Source: a virus | Reading direction: 5' to 3' (one strand) | Length of the DNA: 64,000 nt | IMG/VR virus record: IMGVR_UViG_3300008262_000014 | Span: 32,001 to 96,000 of that record | In this document: positions 48,301 through 56,656 of the stretch, in pieces | Position numbering within the stretch: position 1 is the stretch's first letter | Layout of the letters: every line of letters begins with the position of its first letter | The notes under the pieces: generated by a model | Seen by the model: only the letters and a program-made list of their open reading frames with translations | Database searches by the model: none | Told to the model about the DNA's origin: nothing | Program-made: the position numbers and the translations under genes

Positions 48301-49827
48301 TGGAAAATAATTATTTACTCCCTCACAATCATCTTTTTCTTGTGGCCAATTTTCTTTAATGCCAATAAAAGATTCTCTTCTATCTTTCTTAAAAAAAGAT
48401 AAAACTCTTTCAAGAGCACTGGTTTTGTAATATTTGTTCATAAATTGACCAACAGTATAAATTCTACCATATCTAAATTGATAGAAATAATCTTGTGGTA
48501 TACCCAATTTATTTTCAGAAATCGCATCCACACTAGTACCCGCAATTTCTTTTCTGGCATCTTGTGGGTAATCATCTATATTATTACTAAATGAATATGA
48601 TTTTGGGTCAATTGTTGAAATACCTCCAACAAATGATGTATCATTTATATGATATTCTCTTGCATTTGGTATTAAAAATTTACCTGTGAATCTATTTCTA
48701 GCTCCAGTGTCTTCATTTAACGATAATCTGAATCTGTAATTTCCGGCCGTAGCAACACCAACATTTGGATCGTTTGTTTCATATATTTCTCCAAATTCAT
48801 TTGTTGCTATGTACTTCATGTTCATTGGAATTCTAAAAAAGAAAGCTCCGTTTTCATCAATAGTACTATCAATATCAAAAAACTCCATTATTGGTCTGTC
48901 CGGATTTGGGGTGCCTCCGGAAGTTTCTTCATATTCACCTGTAAATCTAATTGATTCAACATCCCCTTTAAAGGTTATCAATCTACACTTTTCCCCCATT
49001 TGATTATCCACATTACAGTTAACTCTTAACGCGTCTTTACCTGAATCAGTAAAACTACCACCAACCATAATTGCATATGGATTAATTTTAATTCCTTGTG
49101 AAGAAAGATCAAAATCTGTTCTAGTAATACCTATTTGACATAATTCCGGATTACCCCAAAAAGAATAAACTTCAATTGATTTATCAAAACTAACTATTTG
49201 TGGTAACGCATCTAAATCCGAAGAAGATGCATAAGTATACTTATTAACAAATTTTTCTTCAGATATCCCGTCATATATTAAATCATATGGAACCAATGAT
49301 TGACATCCCATATCTGAAAGATCTAAATCAATATGAAGTGTTTGTTTACCTAATGGTACTCCCCAAATCATAAAATCACCGGCATCATTTGTTTTCGCAG
49401 TATATTTGTAGAATTTTTCAAAAACTTCTAAATATTCTTCTCTATTTAAGATATCTTCTTGATCAGGAAATGTCCCTGTTGGTGTATGTCCTGTATGTTG
49501 TTTTCTTGATGGTAATAAATTATATCTATAGTTATTTTCGTTTTTTTCTTCGATAGATTTATATGGATATAGTGTAGAAATTACGGGATCATTTTCATCT
49601 ACTTCAGATATTGGGACAAATATAGAGACTCTAGCATTAGGTACACCAAGTCCATTATTAACTATAATTCTACCAACAACAACACCATAATCACCACAAA
49701 AAGATGAATATGCCTCTTGTTGTGAAAATTTTAAAGATAAAATTTCTAATAGGTCATAATCCTGTTTTAATTCTACTGTGACTTTTTGATCGACACCAAT
49801 GTTGGTATAAATTCTATGTTTTTGCAT
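45328..49827 (-). CDS. Large virion/baseplate protein with N-terminal carboxypeptidase-regulatory-like (prealbumin-fold) domain
   Basis: 1499 aa; GRIIVNNGLGVPNARVSI..TNDAGDFMIWGVPLGKQTL; Cys-rich YTxC modules; FYFGL-like C-terminus. Confidence 0.65.
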   Translation of the reverse strand: MQKHRIYTNIGVDQKVTVELKQDYDLLEILSLKFSQQEAYSSFCGDYGVVVGRIIVNNGLGVPNARVSIFVPISEVDENDPVISTLYPYKSIEEKNENNYRYNLLPSRKQHTGHTPTGTFPDQEDILNREEYLEVFEKFYKYTAKTNDAGDFMIWGVPLGKQTLHIDLDLSDMGCQSLVPYDLIYDGISEEKFVNKYTYASSSDLDALPQIVSFDKSIEVYSFWGNPELCQIGITRTDFDLSSQGIKINPYAIMVGGSFTDSGKDALRVNCNVDNQMGEKCRLITFKGDVESIRFTGEYEETSGGTPNPDRPIMEFFDIDSTIDENGAFFFRIPMNMKYIATNEFGEIYETNDPNVGVATAGNYRFRLSLNEDTGARNRFTGKFLIPNAREYHINDTSFVGGISTIDPKSYSFSNNIDDYPQDARKEIAGTSVDAISENKLGIPQDYFYQFRYGRIYTVGQFMNKYYKTSALERVLSFFKKDRRESFIGIKENWPQEKDDCEGVNNYFPVNDAVRNHRFQFFIITVINYIEFIGKFINLFIKEFVTAVLFGFANALSGIKVVNKAAAKQNKAAKEYQFKQIFKLPLIIYPDCYDCTEDNELKDTNTIPTPPNPQDYTSGPPIATNINFGEKYLPKRKSSTPCSEYTFTNTGLTGYSITYTDCDGVSVTEEMPANYIRRFCGQPSQSWVIPPIFTGLSYTESSSSKCQDGNLDGDLYFNVPCDTYTFTHIGSLNYHITGYTNCDNQQAPPITITAPNPSTGVTFVTLYAKKGTVFTIPPSITGLSVTVTPGSTAFCGGYELAPWTGVTFNGVQLNRSYIVEIDIFNDGSTQQIAIGCGTKYPIIWDGPASSLNPNVSLYGPTNNWKIGGGFYDDIANEIKEEYSTQMDQPINGTIHNKHRCVLISKMWEVPGDCNNKANDPDARPAGSPERGCDKYDFIIDTKWTEDGGEGKMNLKGFVFPLAGFPDYATMRQWLINNQRSNSTGYYPSDSWDNNYPTSILNLHPDPCFSGTPYNVGAVLSYHCKWPMKFGGFDNNSVQCVINGAYYGEVKKKGPYYVDNSLTTQGTNSGFSEFRDGVYTIVPLAGKTFGMLKSWRRRKLFGQLMCGGVVSYLFTDSWLIGSLYFFQFMKRGKNDRLCKQCIYKFTDSSGLHLYYRSTPYNPNYTFSETQYDYDPATGTQLAANPSLTSDYMNKTKGFYGQLRTYNYEGSVKTKREINFPTAVVDLGPRNTWINEICVDPELDVNCSITRSVGSTSYKGLDDLIEYVIQSKEIKERGKLDVQDLFDARGYGLIDGDIAQLMNFNTQTGIYPFEYEEFDSPYTAQYSTIFDGRGAVGIDFVFSEDDPDTVITERYGGLIRRCLNEPSRLGDTSQKVPYYMWETFGHGFGEALTIGNSENQQFYNSNIYSQRLQLMKSNLNPDPNPVVNSDDDYFNPYVIPPIRDCLDYGSGNKKYNDNYKEYTVGGQRRHIMEIGTPFHYYFGLRKGKTAFDKFIELFGPF

Positions 49828-49884
49828 ATTTCTTTATATAAATAGAAAAGTTTTAATTTTCAAATAATATAAAGAAAAATGTTT

Positions 49885-51717
49885 TTAAAATGTAGTCGAT
49901 CCTAATGTTTTAACCCTAACTTTTATATCTTTATTTGGGAATCTTATTTGAAATATTTGATTAGACTTCATAAAAATAGTCATATCAGATTGTAAAACTT
50001 CTTTTGTTATTGGGTCTTTATATTGTTGTGATACTTCAGATAATGAATATTCTCCACCTGTTTTTACAAAAACTCTAATATCAACAACATTTATAACACC
50101 ATTTTCATCACCAATTTCTTTAAATAAATTACCCAAAAATAAAGGATCTCCCATTTTTCTTTTATCTATTGAGAAATAGGATATTGTTTTAGTGATTGTA
50201 TTTTTTATAACATCAGTGCTATTTACATTTTTATCCAAGATCAAATCAATTTCAAGAGAAAAATCAATTACTTGACCACTAACAATATCAATAAAATCAT
50301 TTATCATCCTGAATTCCGATAAATAATTTATGATATTATTTTTTAATGTGTTAGAAACTGTTTCAGTTAAATTACCTTTATCATCATATGATAATAATTT
50401 AATTCTAACTTTATTATCTTCTTCCATTACATTAACCTTTGCGGGTGCTCCGTATGTTGATGGCATAGTTTCTATCAAAACTTTATAATCATTTAAAGTA
50501 ACTGCTCTATTTTGTGCCGCGAAATTATATGCAACTAAATTTCTTATTTCTTCTATTGTCGGTTGATCGGCACCTCCAATAGCGGGTGTTACATTATTAA
50601 CACTCAATGAATTAACTACTTGTGTATTTATACTACTATTAGGACCATTAACATTAAATTCAATACTATCAACACTTGTTATAACATTAACACCTAAATT
50701 ACTACTTTTACCACCACCAATTCTATATTTTATAAAAAGAGTACTATCTATTTTTGGTAATGCACCTAATGATAAATTATTTAAATAAACACCAAGATTA
50801 ACTTTCATGTTATTTGTCATGAAATTATCTAAATTATCTAAAGGATCGACATTGCCTGATCCAAATGTTATTGAAAAATAATTTTCTGGAGTATATTCTG
50901 TTACAAATTTATTTTTAACATCGATATATTTTCCAGATTTAAAATTTGGTCTATCTGATATTCCTGTCGGGTCTGGAACAAATACTTTATCTTGTATCAT
51001 TGTTTTTACTTCATACCATCTATTTTCTGATGTATTAAATTCTGCAGAATTTGGATTTGCGGTAAAATTTGTTCCTTCTTTATGTATGATTGATGTCACA
51101 CCTAAAACATTTTGTTCAGGTAAAAAAAGTTTTAAAAATGGTTTTTGATCTAATTGTGTAATAACTCTTCTAAAAATTCTAGTAACTCCATTAACTACAG
51201 GTTCTCTTTTCGTTATAGTATATGATACTAATTGATTATTACCATCAAAATTTGGAATTTTCAATCTATTTGGTTCTCCTCTATTATTAAATGGATTAGC
51301 AAAATCAATATCATCAGTAGTTTCAAAAATTTGTCCTCCTCCCGAAACTTGTGCTCCCGCTTTTAAAATTCCTTCATATCTATCATCATCTTTATCACCT
51401 TTAACAGGAACAACTATTGAAAAATCACACAATGCAACTGATGGTCTGTTTCCCGGTATTCTTATCCCATATGTTTTTGCGATGAAAAATAATGATTGTC
51501 TTTGTTGTGCAAAGTCTAACATTGTCTCCTGCCAAACTCTATCAATATGGTAATGTAAATTATCCGCAACCGCGGCATTTATATCTAATAAAACCGAAAA
51601 AATAGATGCATCATTTGTGTTCTTAATTAAATCGGGATAATAATTTCTAGTTAAATTAACTAATTCCTGTCTTAATCCAACAAAATCCCTTGTTGCGTAT
51701 GATATTTTTTTAGCCAT
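49885..51717 (-). CDS. Baseplate wedge subunit (T4 gp6-like)
   Basis: RDFVGLRQEL, ITFGSG, YRIGGG..NLG, GGAD..EEIR..AQNRAVTLNDY motifs. Confidence 0.85.
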   Translation of the reverse strand: MAKKISYATRDFVGLRQELVNLTRNYYPDLIKNTNDASIFSVLLDINAAVADNLHYHIDRVWQETMLDFAQQRQSLFFIAKTYGIRIPGNRPSVALCDFSIVVPVKGDKDDDRYEGILKAGAQVSGGGQIFETTDDIDFANPFNNRGEPNRLKIPNFDGNNQLVSYTITKREPVVNGVTRIFRRVITQLDQKPFLKLFLPEQNVLGVTSIIHKEGTNFTANPNSAEFNTSENRWYEVKTMIQDKVFVPDPTGISDRPNFKSGKYIDVKNKFVTEYTPENYFSITFGSGNVDPLDNLDNFMTNNMKVNLGVYLNNLSLGALPKIDSTLFIKYRIGGGKSSNLGVNVITSVDSIEFNVNGPNSSINTQVVNSLSVNNVTPAIGGADQPTIEEIRNLVAYNFAAQNRAVTLNDYKVLIETMPSTYGAPAKVNVMEEDNKVRIKLLSYDDKGNLTETVSNTLKNNIINYLSEFRMINDFIDIVSGQVIDFSLEIDLILDKNVNSTDVIKNTITKTISYFSIDKRKMGDPLFLGNLFKEIGDENGVINVVDIRVFVKTGGEYSLSEVSQQYKDPITKEVLQSDMTIFMKSNQIFQIRFPNKDIKVRVKTLGSTTF

Positions 51718-51718
51718 A

Positions 51719-52171
51719 TTATATATTAATAATTATAAAATCAGATGATGAAAATGTTCCATTATTTACAGTGTAATCTATTTTAACTTTTGCGGTATAT
51801 GGTTTAGTTGAAAAATCTGAAACTCTAAAAAGTCTATTATCCTCATCTTCCATAGAACCAACTAATCTATCGGGATCATCTTCAGCCGATGTAATACTAA
51901 TAGAATTAATATCTAAATTTGGTATATATTTTCTAACACTTTCTCTTATTTCATCTTCAATAAGATTATATGATACGACATCATTTTGTTCAAAAATATA
52001 CTCATATATTCTTGTTCCAAAATCAGGTAGATAATATCTACTACCTTTTCTTGTTAGTAAAAGATGTAATAAGTTTGCTCTAACTTCTCTTTCAGGAGTT
52101 TCAGTCATTCTTAAAAAGTCACCTTTTCTACTATCTCTAAATGGATAATCTATACCATATGTTACTGCCAT
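51719..52171 (-). CDS. Baseplate wedge protein (T4 gp25/GPW-like)
   Basis: NLLHLLLTRKGSRYYLPDFGTRIYEYIFE motif. Confidence 0.9.
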   Translation of the reverse strand: MAVTYGIDYPFRDSRKGDFLRMTETPEREVRANLLHLLLTRKGSRYYLPDFGTRIYEYIFEQNDVVSYNLIEDEIRESVRKYIPNLDINSISITSAEDDPDRLVGSMEDEDNRLFRVSDFSTKPYTAKVKIDYTVNNGTFSSSDFIIINI

Positions 52172-52210
52172 GATAATAAATATAATGATATTCGAAATCT
52201 TTTTAAATGA

Positions 52211-52236
52211 AAAATCCAGACATATGTCTGGATTTT
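52211..52236. terminator. Perfect 26 bp palindrome, probable terminator of the replication/RNR transcript
   Basis: aaaatccagacatatgtctggatttt is its own reverse complement; T-run on the minus strand. Confidence 0.65.
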
Positions 52237-52250
52237 GTCCATGTTAATTA

Positions 52251-52340
52251 TGGTGGTTTGGTTTTCACCCCCTGTATAACCAATCCTTAGATGCTCAAGG
52301 TACGCCTTGACGACAGACTAATCTTTGAGGGAGTCATCCA
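52251..52340 (-). ncRNA. Candidate pseudoknotted structured RNA
   Basis: GC-rich island; stems GGAUG/CAUCU, UCAAGG-CGUA-CCUUGA, UUGGUU/AACCAA and 7 bp ACUCCCU/AGGGGGU cross-pairing. Confidence 0.55.
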
Positions 52341-52515
52341 ATCCTTTTTTTAAAGTGGTATTATTTTTTTCTCCTTTAGGTTCATATGGACAATGTCTAC
52401 ATCCATTACCTGATGATCCACAACAATACCCTCTTTCTATGTGATATCTTTCAGTGAAGATAACTTTATTACCATCAAGATAATAATGTGTTCCTTCAAT
52501 AAATTCATTACTCAT
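52318..52515 (-). CDS. DUF5522-like small Cys-rich protein
   Basis: YYLDGNKVIFTERYHIERGYCCGSSGNGCRHCPY signature. Confidence 0.75.
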   Translation of the reverse strand: MSNEFIEGTHYYLDGNKVIFTERYHIERGYCCGSSGNGCRHCPYEPKGEKNNTTLKKGLDDSLKD

Positions 52516-52524
52516 TTTATTGAT

Positions 52525-54798
52525 TTAGATACTGGTTATTTCACAAGATCCACCACTACAGGCCATACTAGCATAATCACTAATATCTTTATATTGTGGT
52601 TTGTCTAATATTTGACCAAAATCAACTTCTTTAAATTGACGAGTAACTGTTTCCCATTTATGGAAAAGATGAACATCTTTCAAACAATAAACCATCTTCT
52701 TAAGATCACCTTTGAAGTAATTCTTAGCAAATTTTTTGGCTCTTGTTATCCAATAATTTTTTAAAAGAACTTGTTCTCTTGTTCCAGTCACAGGAAGTGG
52801 TGAATCTGTTTGTGTACTAATTAAAGTATCACAAGCCATCCATAAATTATTTTCAAAATAGTGAAGACCGTCGATAACCAAACCAGATGCTAAAATAGAT
52901 CCTTTACCATATTCTTCGACTATTTCATTTAGGTTTAATACAGATGTAAATGGTGCTTGATTAAAATCTTTGTCACCATAATCTGACATGAAACTTACTG
53001 CAGTGAAATAATCTCTTTCATTCCAAATATATTCAACAATAGCATCTTTATCGTCAATGATAACAGTACAACTTGTATTATGATTAACGGGGCTATATGT
53101 ACATAATTCAGGATTGGTCCCTTCATTAACCCAATTTTGTTGTACCAATTTGATTAATTCAAGATGTTTAATACCTTTCATATCTTTCTTGAATAAACCT
53201 TGTTTTGGATTTTCTACAGGTACAAATACAACATAATCACTCTTAGTTGATGACCATACACTTTCTTCAAGTAAGAAAGACATATTATCTTGTAACCATT
53301 TAGCAGTATTACTTTCTTTGTTCAATTGCATAATTCTGAAATATTTCTCAGAATGTTCTGGATGAATACCGCTAGCCGTTCCTAATACAACTGAAGCGTT
53401 GCCCGATGGTTTAACACAAGTAGTTCTTGCCGCTTGATTAATTTCAATAATCTGAGCAACTTCTTTATTTGTTCTCTTAACCACCTCAGCACCTTCTTTA
53501 AGTAATTCAGCATTAAATAATTTAGGGTTGTTCATCCAACCTGTTATACTAACACCTAATAATGCCTCTCTTTCAAATATTTTTCTACTAGTTTCACCTA
53601 AATAAGGGAAATTAGTATAACCCGCTTGTAAAGTACCTAATGTTGAAGCATCTTTACATGCTTTAAAGAATTTTTCTTTTGTTGTACATTTTTCAGCATT
53701 AATTTCTGTTAAATTACAACCTTGAATTCCAAATTTATCATTATTAGTTTTAGTGAATTCCTCAATATCATCATAATGAATTTTTGAAAAATCAACATTC
53801 ATTAATACAGGTATCTTTAAAATCTCAAAACATGGGTTGAACATATCAAACCAACTATTAGCAAAAACGAATCCAATATCATTTGCACCATCGTTTAATT
53901 TAACCAAGTATTCAAATTGTTCTCTTTTAACTTCACTTCTCAATAATAACACTGAATTATTACTTCTACCTCTTTGTGGGTTTTCAACTCTCCAATTACC
54001 TGTTTTTGCGTGAATCATTTCATCGTCGTTTGGATCTACGATCATATTCAAAGCTGAACGACGAACACCTCCAGATAACACAGCGTCTGCCGAATGACAA
54101 ATAATATCAAAAGCTAATATAGGTCTAATTTCATTACCTTCTTTTTCAATCCATCTTTCAATTAATTGTTCTATTTTTTCCAAAGACTGTTTTAAACCTT
54201 CGGGACCAGGTGCTTTAAATCCACCACTAATAAAAGAACCTTTCTCTCTAATTTGAGAATAATCAAATTTAACTTCATAACCTGCGAACTCAGGAAAAGG
54301 TTGTCTGTCCACAAAGTAAGAAGACATTAACACCCCTAAAGCATCTGACCATCCTTCGATACTATCGTTGATAACGAATGTTTTAGTACCGTTTAATCTT
54401 TTCTGAATTCTACTCAAATTCTTAACAAATGGTTTTAATAATCCACCACCAAATCCACATCCGGATAAAGCTAAGTAAAAAATTTCTTGGAAGACTCTGT
54501 TTCTGGCAATGTGACCTGACGTACAATTAAACATTCTTGTGTTATGTTTCATTATTTGTTCGTGACGATACTGTAAGTTTCTTTGTGAAGCTAAAACCAA
54601 TTGGTCTTTCATACTTTCAAGTGCCGAATTGAAATATGGTAATAACTCATCTGTATATTTTTTATACTTTTTTCTGTGTCCATCCATGATGTTATCACAT
54701 GCGTCTTCCCATGTTTCGTACCTTCCTTTTTCTTCTAACCATTTAAAATAATCTGAATGTAACTTTAAGTCACTCAGAAATTTTTTACCTTTCTGCAT
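52525..54798 (-). CDS. nrdJ: Class II (adenosylcobalamin-dependent) ribonucleotide reductase, monomeric RTPR type
   Basis: MFNC, GCGFG, GGVRRSA, NPCFEI thiyl Cys, GCNLTEIN, LLGVSITG, TCVKPSG, QAPF, C-terminal ACSGGSCEI; no beta-subunit gene nearby. Confidence 0.85.
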   Translation of the reverse strand: MQKGKKFLSDLKLHSDYFKWLEEKGRYETWEDACDNIMDGHRKKYKKYTDELLPYFNSALESMKDQLVLASQRNLQYRHEQIMKHNTRMFNCTSGHIARNRVFQEIFYLALSGCGFGGGLLKPFVKNLSRIQKRLNGTKTFVINDSIEGWSDALGVLMSSYFVDRQPFPEFAGYEVKFDYSQIREKGSFISGGFKAPGPEGLKQSLEKIEQLIERWIEKEGNEIRPILAFDIICHSADAVLSGGVRRSALNMIVDPNDDEMIHAKTGNWRVENPQRGRSNNSVLLLRSEVKREQFEYLVKLNDGANDIGFVFANSWFDMFNPCFEILKIPVLMNVDFSKIHYDDIEEFTKTNNDKFGIQGCNLTEINAEKCTTKEKFFKACKDASTLGTLQAGYTNFPYLGETSRKIFEREALLGVSITGWMNNPKLFNAELLKEGAEVVKRTNKEVAQIIEINQAARTTCVKPSGNASVVLGTASGIHPEHSEKYFRIMQLNKESNTAKWLQDNMSFLLEESVWSSTKSDYVVFVPVENPKQGLFKKDMKGIKHLELIKLVQQNWVNEGTNPELCTYSPVNHNTSCTVIIDDKDAIVEYIWNERDYFTAVSFMSDYGDKDFNQAPFTSVLNLNEIVEEYGKGSILASGLVIDGLHYFENNLWMACDTLISTQTDSPLPVTGTREQVLLKNYWITRAKKFAKNYFKGDLKKMVYCLKDVHLFHKWETVTRQFKEVDFGQILDKPQYKDISDYASMACSGGSCEITSI

Positions 54799-54824
54799 TT
54801 TTTTCTAATTTATGTTTATGTTTA

Positions 54825-56198
54825 TTATTTTTTTGACATCTCTTGTCTTCTTTGAAAAGCTTCTTTTGCTCTATTTCTTTCCTTCTCAATTTTTTGTTCT
54901 TCATGACCAAGTAATGTATTTTGAGATTCGGTATCGATAATCAAATATTCATTATCAAATCTACAATTTTGGAAAATAACACCATCAGCCCCAATACGTG
55001 ATTTTAATAAAGTTAATGTTGCCAATTTATGTTCTTTCTGTTCTATTGTTTTTCCGATCGATATAATTACATGACCTATTTGGGCTTTTTTAATTGATCC
55101 ACCCATTTGATCTGTTGTTACAACTTCAGAAGAAATAGAATTACGATTACCTTGTGTTGCGGTCCAAATGGCTATATCAAATTCAGTTGTCATCGCCTCT
55201 AAACTTCTCATTATTGAACCCTCACCTTTCCATTCTTCACCATCAGTAGATCTTTCAGGTGATAAACAATCAACATAGTCTATTATCAATAAATCTATGT
55301 TAAATCCTTCATTTTTGAATTTTCTAATTTTTGATTTTATTTCTGATATACTAACAGAATCACTTGGTAATTTTAAGATTTTAATTTCACCATTGGTATT
55401 TTTATTTACATCATTTACTTTTTCAATTACTTCAGATTCACGATCAGGTTGATCATCTGGTGCAATACCTGTCCATATAGTATAATGTTTTCTTTTTACA
55501 CTATTAACATTATCTTCGAAAATTATTTGTAAAACATTAAAACCATATATAAATGAAGTGTTCGCAATTTTTGTTAAGATTGTTGTTTTACCTGTACCTG
55601 TAGGAGCCAATACAACCCCTAATTCACCTCTACCTAATCCACCTTTTAATAAATTATCAATTCCATTTATACCTGTCGGTAATGGATGTCTATAGTCTTT
55701 TTTAAGAGCATCTTCTATATTATCAAAAACATCCACAGCATCTTCGTTACTAATACCAACTTGTAAAGCTTTTTGGATAATTTGTTCAATTTTATTATAT
55801 GATTCAAATTCTCCATTTTCAATTATTGTCGATACTTTCTTTAATTCTCTTTTTAAATTTTGTTGTTTACAGAATCTTAAAGCGGTATCTTGAACATATG
55901 AAGTATCTTGATCACTTTCTTTTATATTGTTTAAAGTATCTAAATGTATTTTACCTGTTTCATTAGTAGTATTTTCGGCCATTATTTTTTGACCTAATGT
56001 ATTATAATCGGGAATTTTATTGTATGTAACATATAATTCTTTTAAATTTTCCATGATATATTTAAAAGAATTATTATCAAAATACTTACTATCGATTACA
56101 TCTATAATTGTTTCTCCATATTTTTTATCCTCTATAATTGATTTAATCAGTGATTGTTGAAATGATGATCCTAAGTGCCCAAAGTTTTTTTCTTTCAT
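54825..56198 (-). CDS. dnaB: Replicative DNA helicase (DnaB/T4 gp41-like)
   Basis: GGLGRGEL, APTGTGKT, IIDYVD, WTATQGNR, KSRIG. Confidence 0.9.
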   Translation of the reverse strand: MKEKNFGHLGSSFQQSLIKSIIEDKKYGETIIDVIDSKYFDNNSFKYIMENLKELYVTYNKIPDYNTLGQKIMAENTTNETGKIHLDTLNNIKESDQDTSYVQDTALRFCKQQNLKRELKKVSTIIENGEFESYNKIEQIIQKALQVGISNEDAVDVFDNIEDALKKDYRHPLPTGINGIDNLLKGGLGRGELGVVLAPTGTGKTTILTKIANTSFIYGFNVLQIIFEDNVNSVKRKHYTIWTGIAPDDQPDRESEVIEKVNDVNKNTNGEIKILKLPSDSVSISEIKSKIRKFKNEGFNIDLLIIDYVDCLSPERSTDGEEWKGEGSIMRSLEAMTTEFDIAIWTATQGNRNSISSEVVTTDQMGGSIKKAQIGHVIISIGKTIEQKEHKLATLTLLKSRIGADGVIFQNCRFDNEYLIIDTESQNTLLGHEEQKIEKERNRAKEAFQRRQEMSKK

Positions 56199-56209
56199 AA
56201 TAATTTTTA

Positions 56210-56656
56210 TTAAAGTTCGTATTGTAAATAAGTTGTTTCTGGTTGTGACATTGACAAAATTTCAGTCAAATCTGACAAAATTTCTTTAAGTCTTGGTCTA
56301 ATATCAACCGTGTACCTAACCTTTGGGTGATAATAGTGAGCCGGAAACGTTCTTTGAATAAATACATCGTCACCCAACTTAATTTGTAGTAAAAAATATT
56401 CTTCAACCTTCTCATTTACATCTTCCACATTATCGGAATTCAAAAAATAATTTTGATTTTCACACAGATAATCGGAACTTTTTATTTTTAAATCTTCAGA
56501 AATTTTATCCGAAATTTCTTTTACATAGTAATGTAAATCCATTGATTGTCTTGTTTTAGGATTGTGATCCTTTACATTAAAAAACCTTTGGCAGATAATG
56601 TTTTTTTCGAGTGTTAATAAAAACTCAAATTTTGTGATTTCTTGATTGTTAATCAT
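56210..56656 (-). CDS. Hypothetical protein in the replication operon
   Basis: 148 aa; IICQRFFNV and VRYTVDIR motifs. Confidence 0.7.
   Translation of the reverse strand: MINNQEITKFEFLLTLEKNIICQRFFNVKDHNPKTRQSMDLHYYVKEISDKISEDLKIKSSDYLCENQNYFLNSDNVEDVNEKVEEYFLLQIKLGDDVFIQRTFPAHYYHPKVRYTVDIRPRLKEILSDLTEILSMSQPETTYLQYEL

Noticed and set aside
52337-52356. Slippery U-UUA-AAA-AAA 5 nt before the pseudoknot (-1 frameshift architecture) and possible UAG read-through of the DUF5522-like ORF
   Set aside because: The -1 frame stops after three codons (AGG AUU GGA UGA); read-through adds about 51 codons that are not in frame with gp25 and cross the terminator. No useful product is evident.
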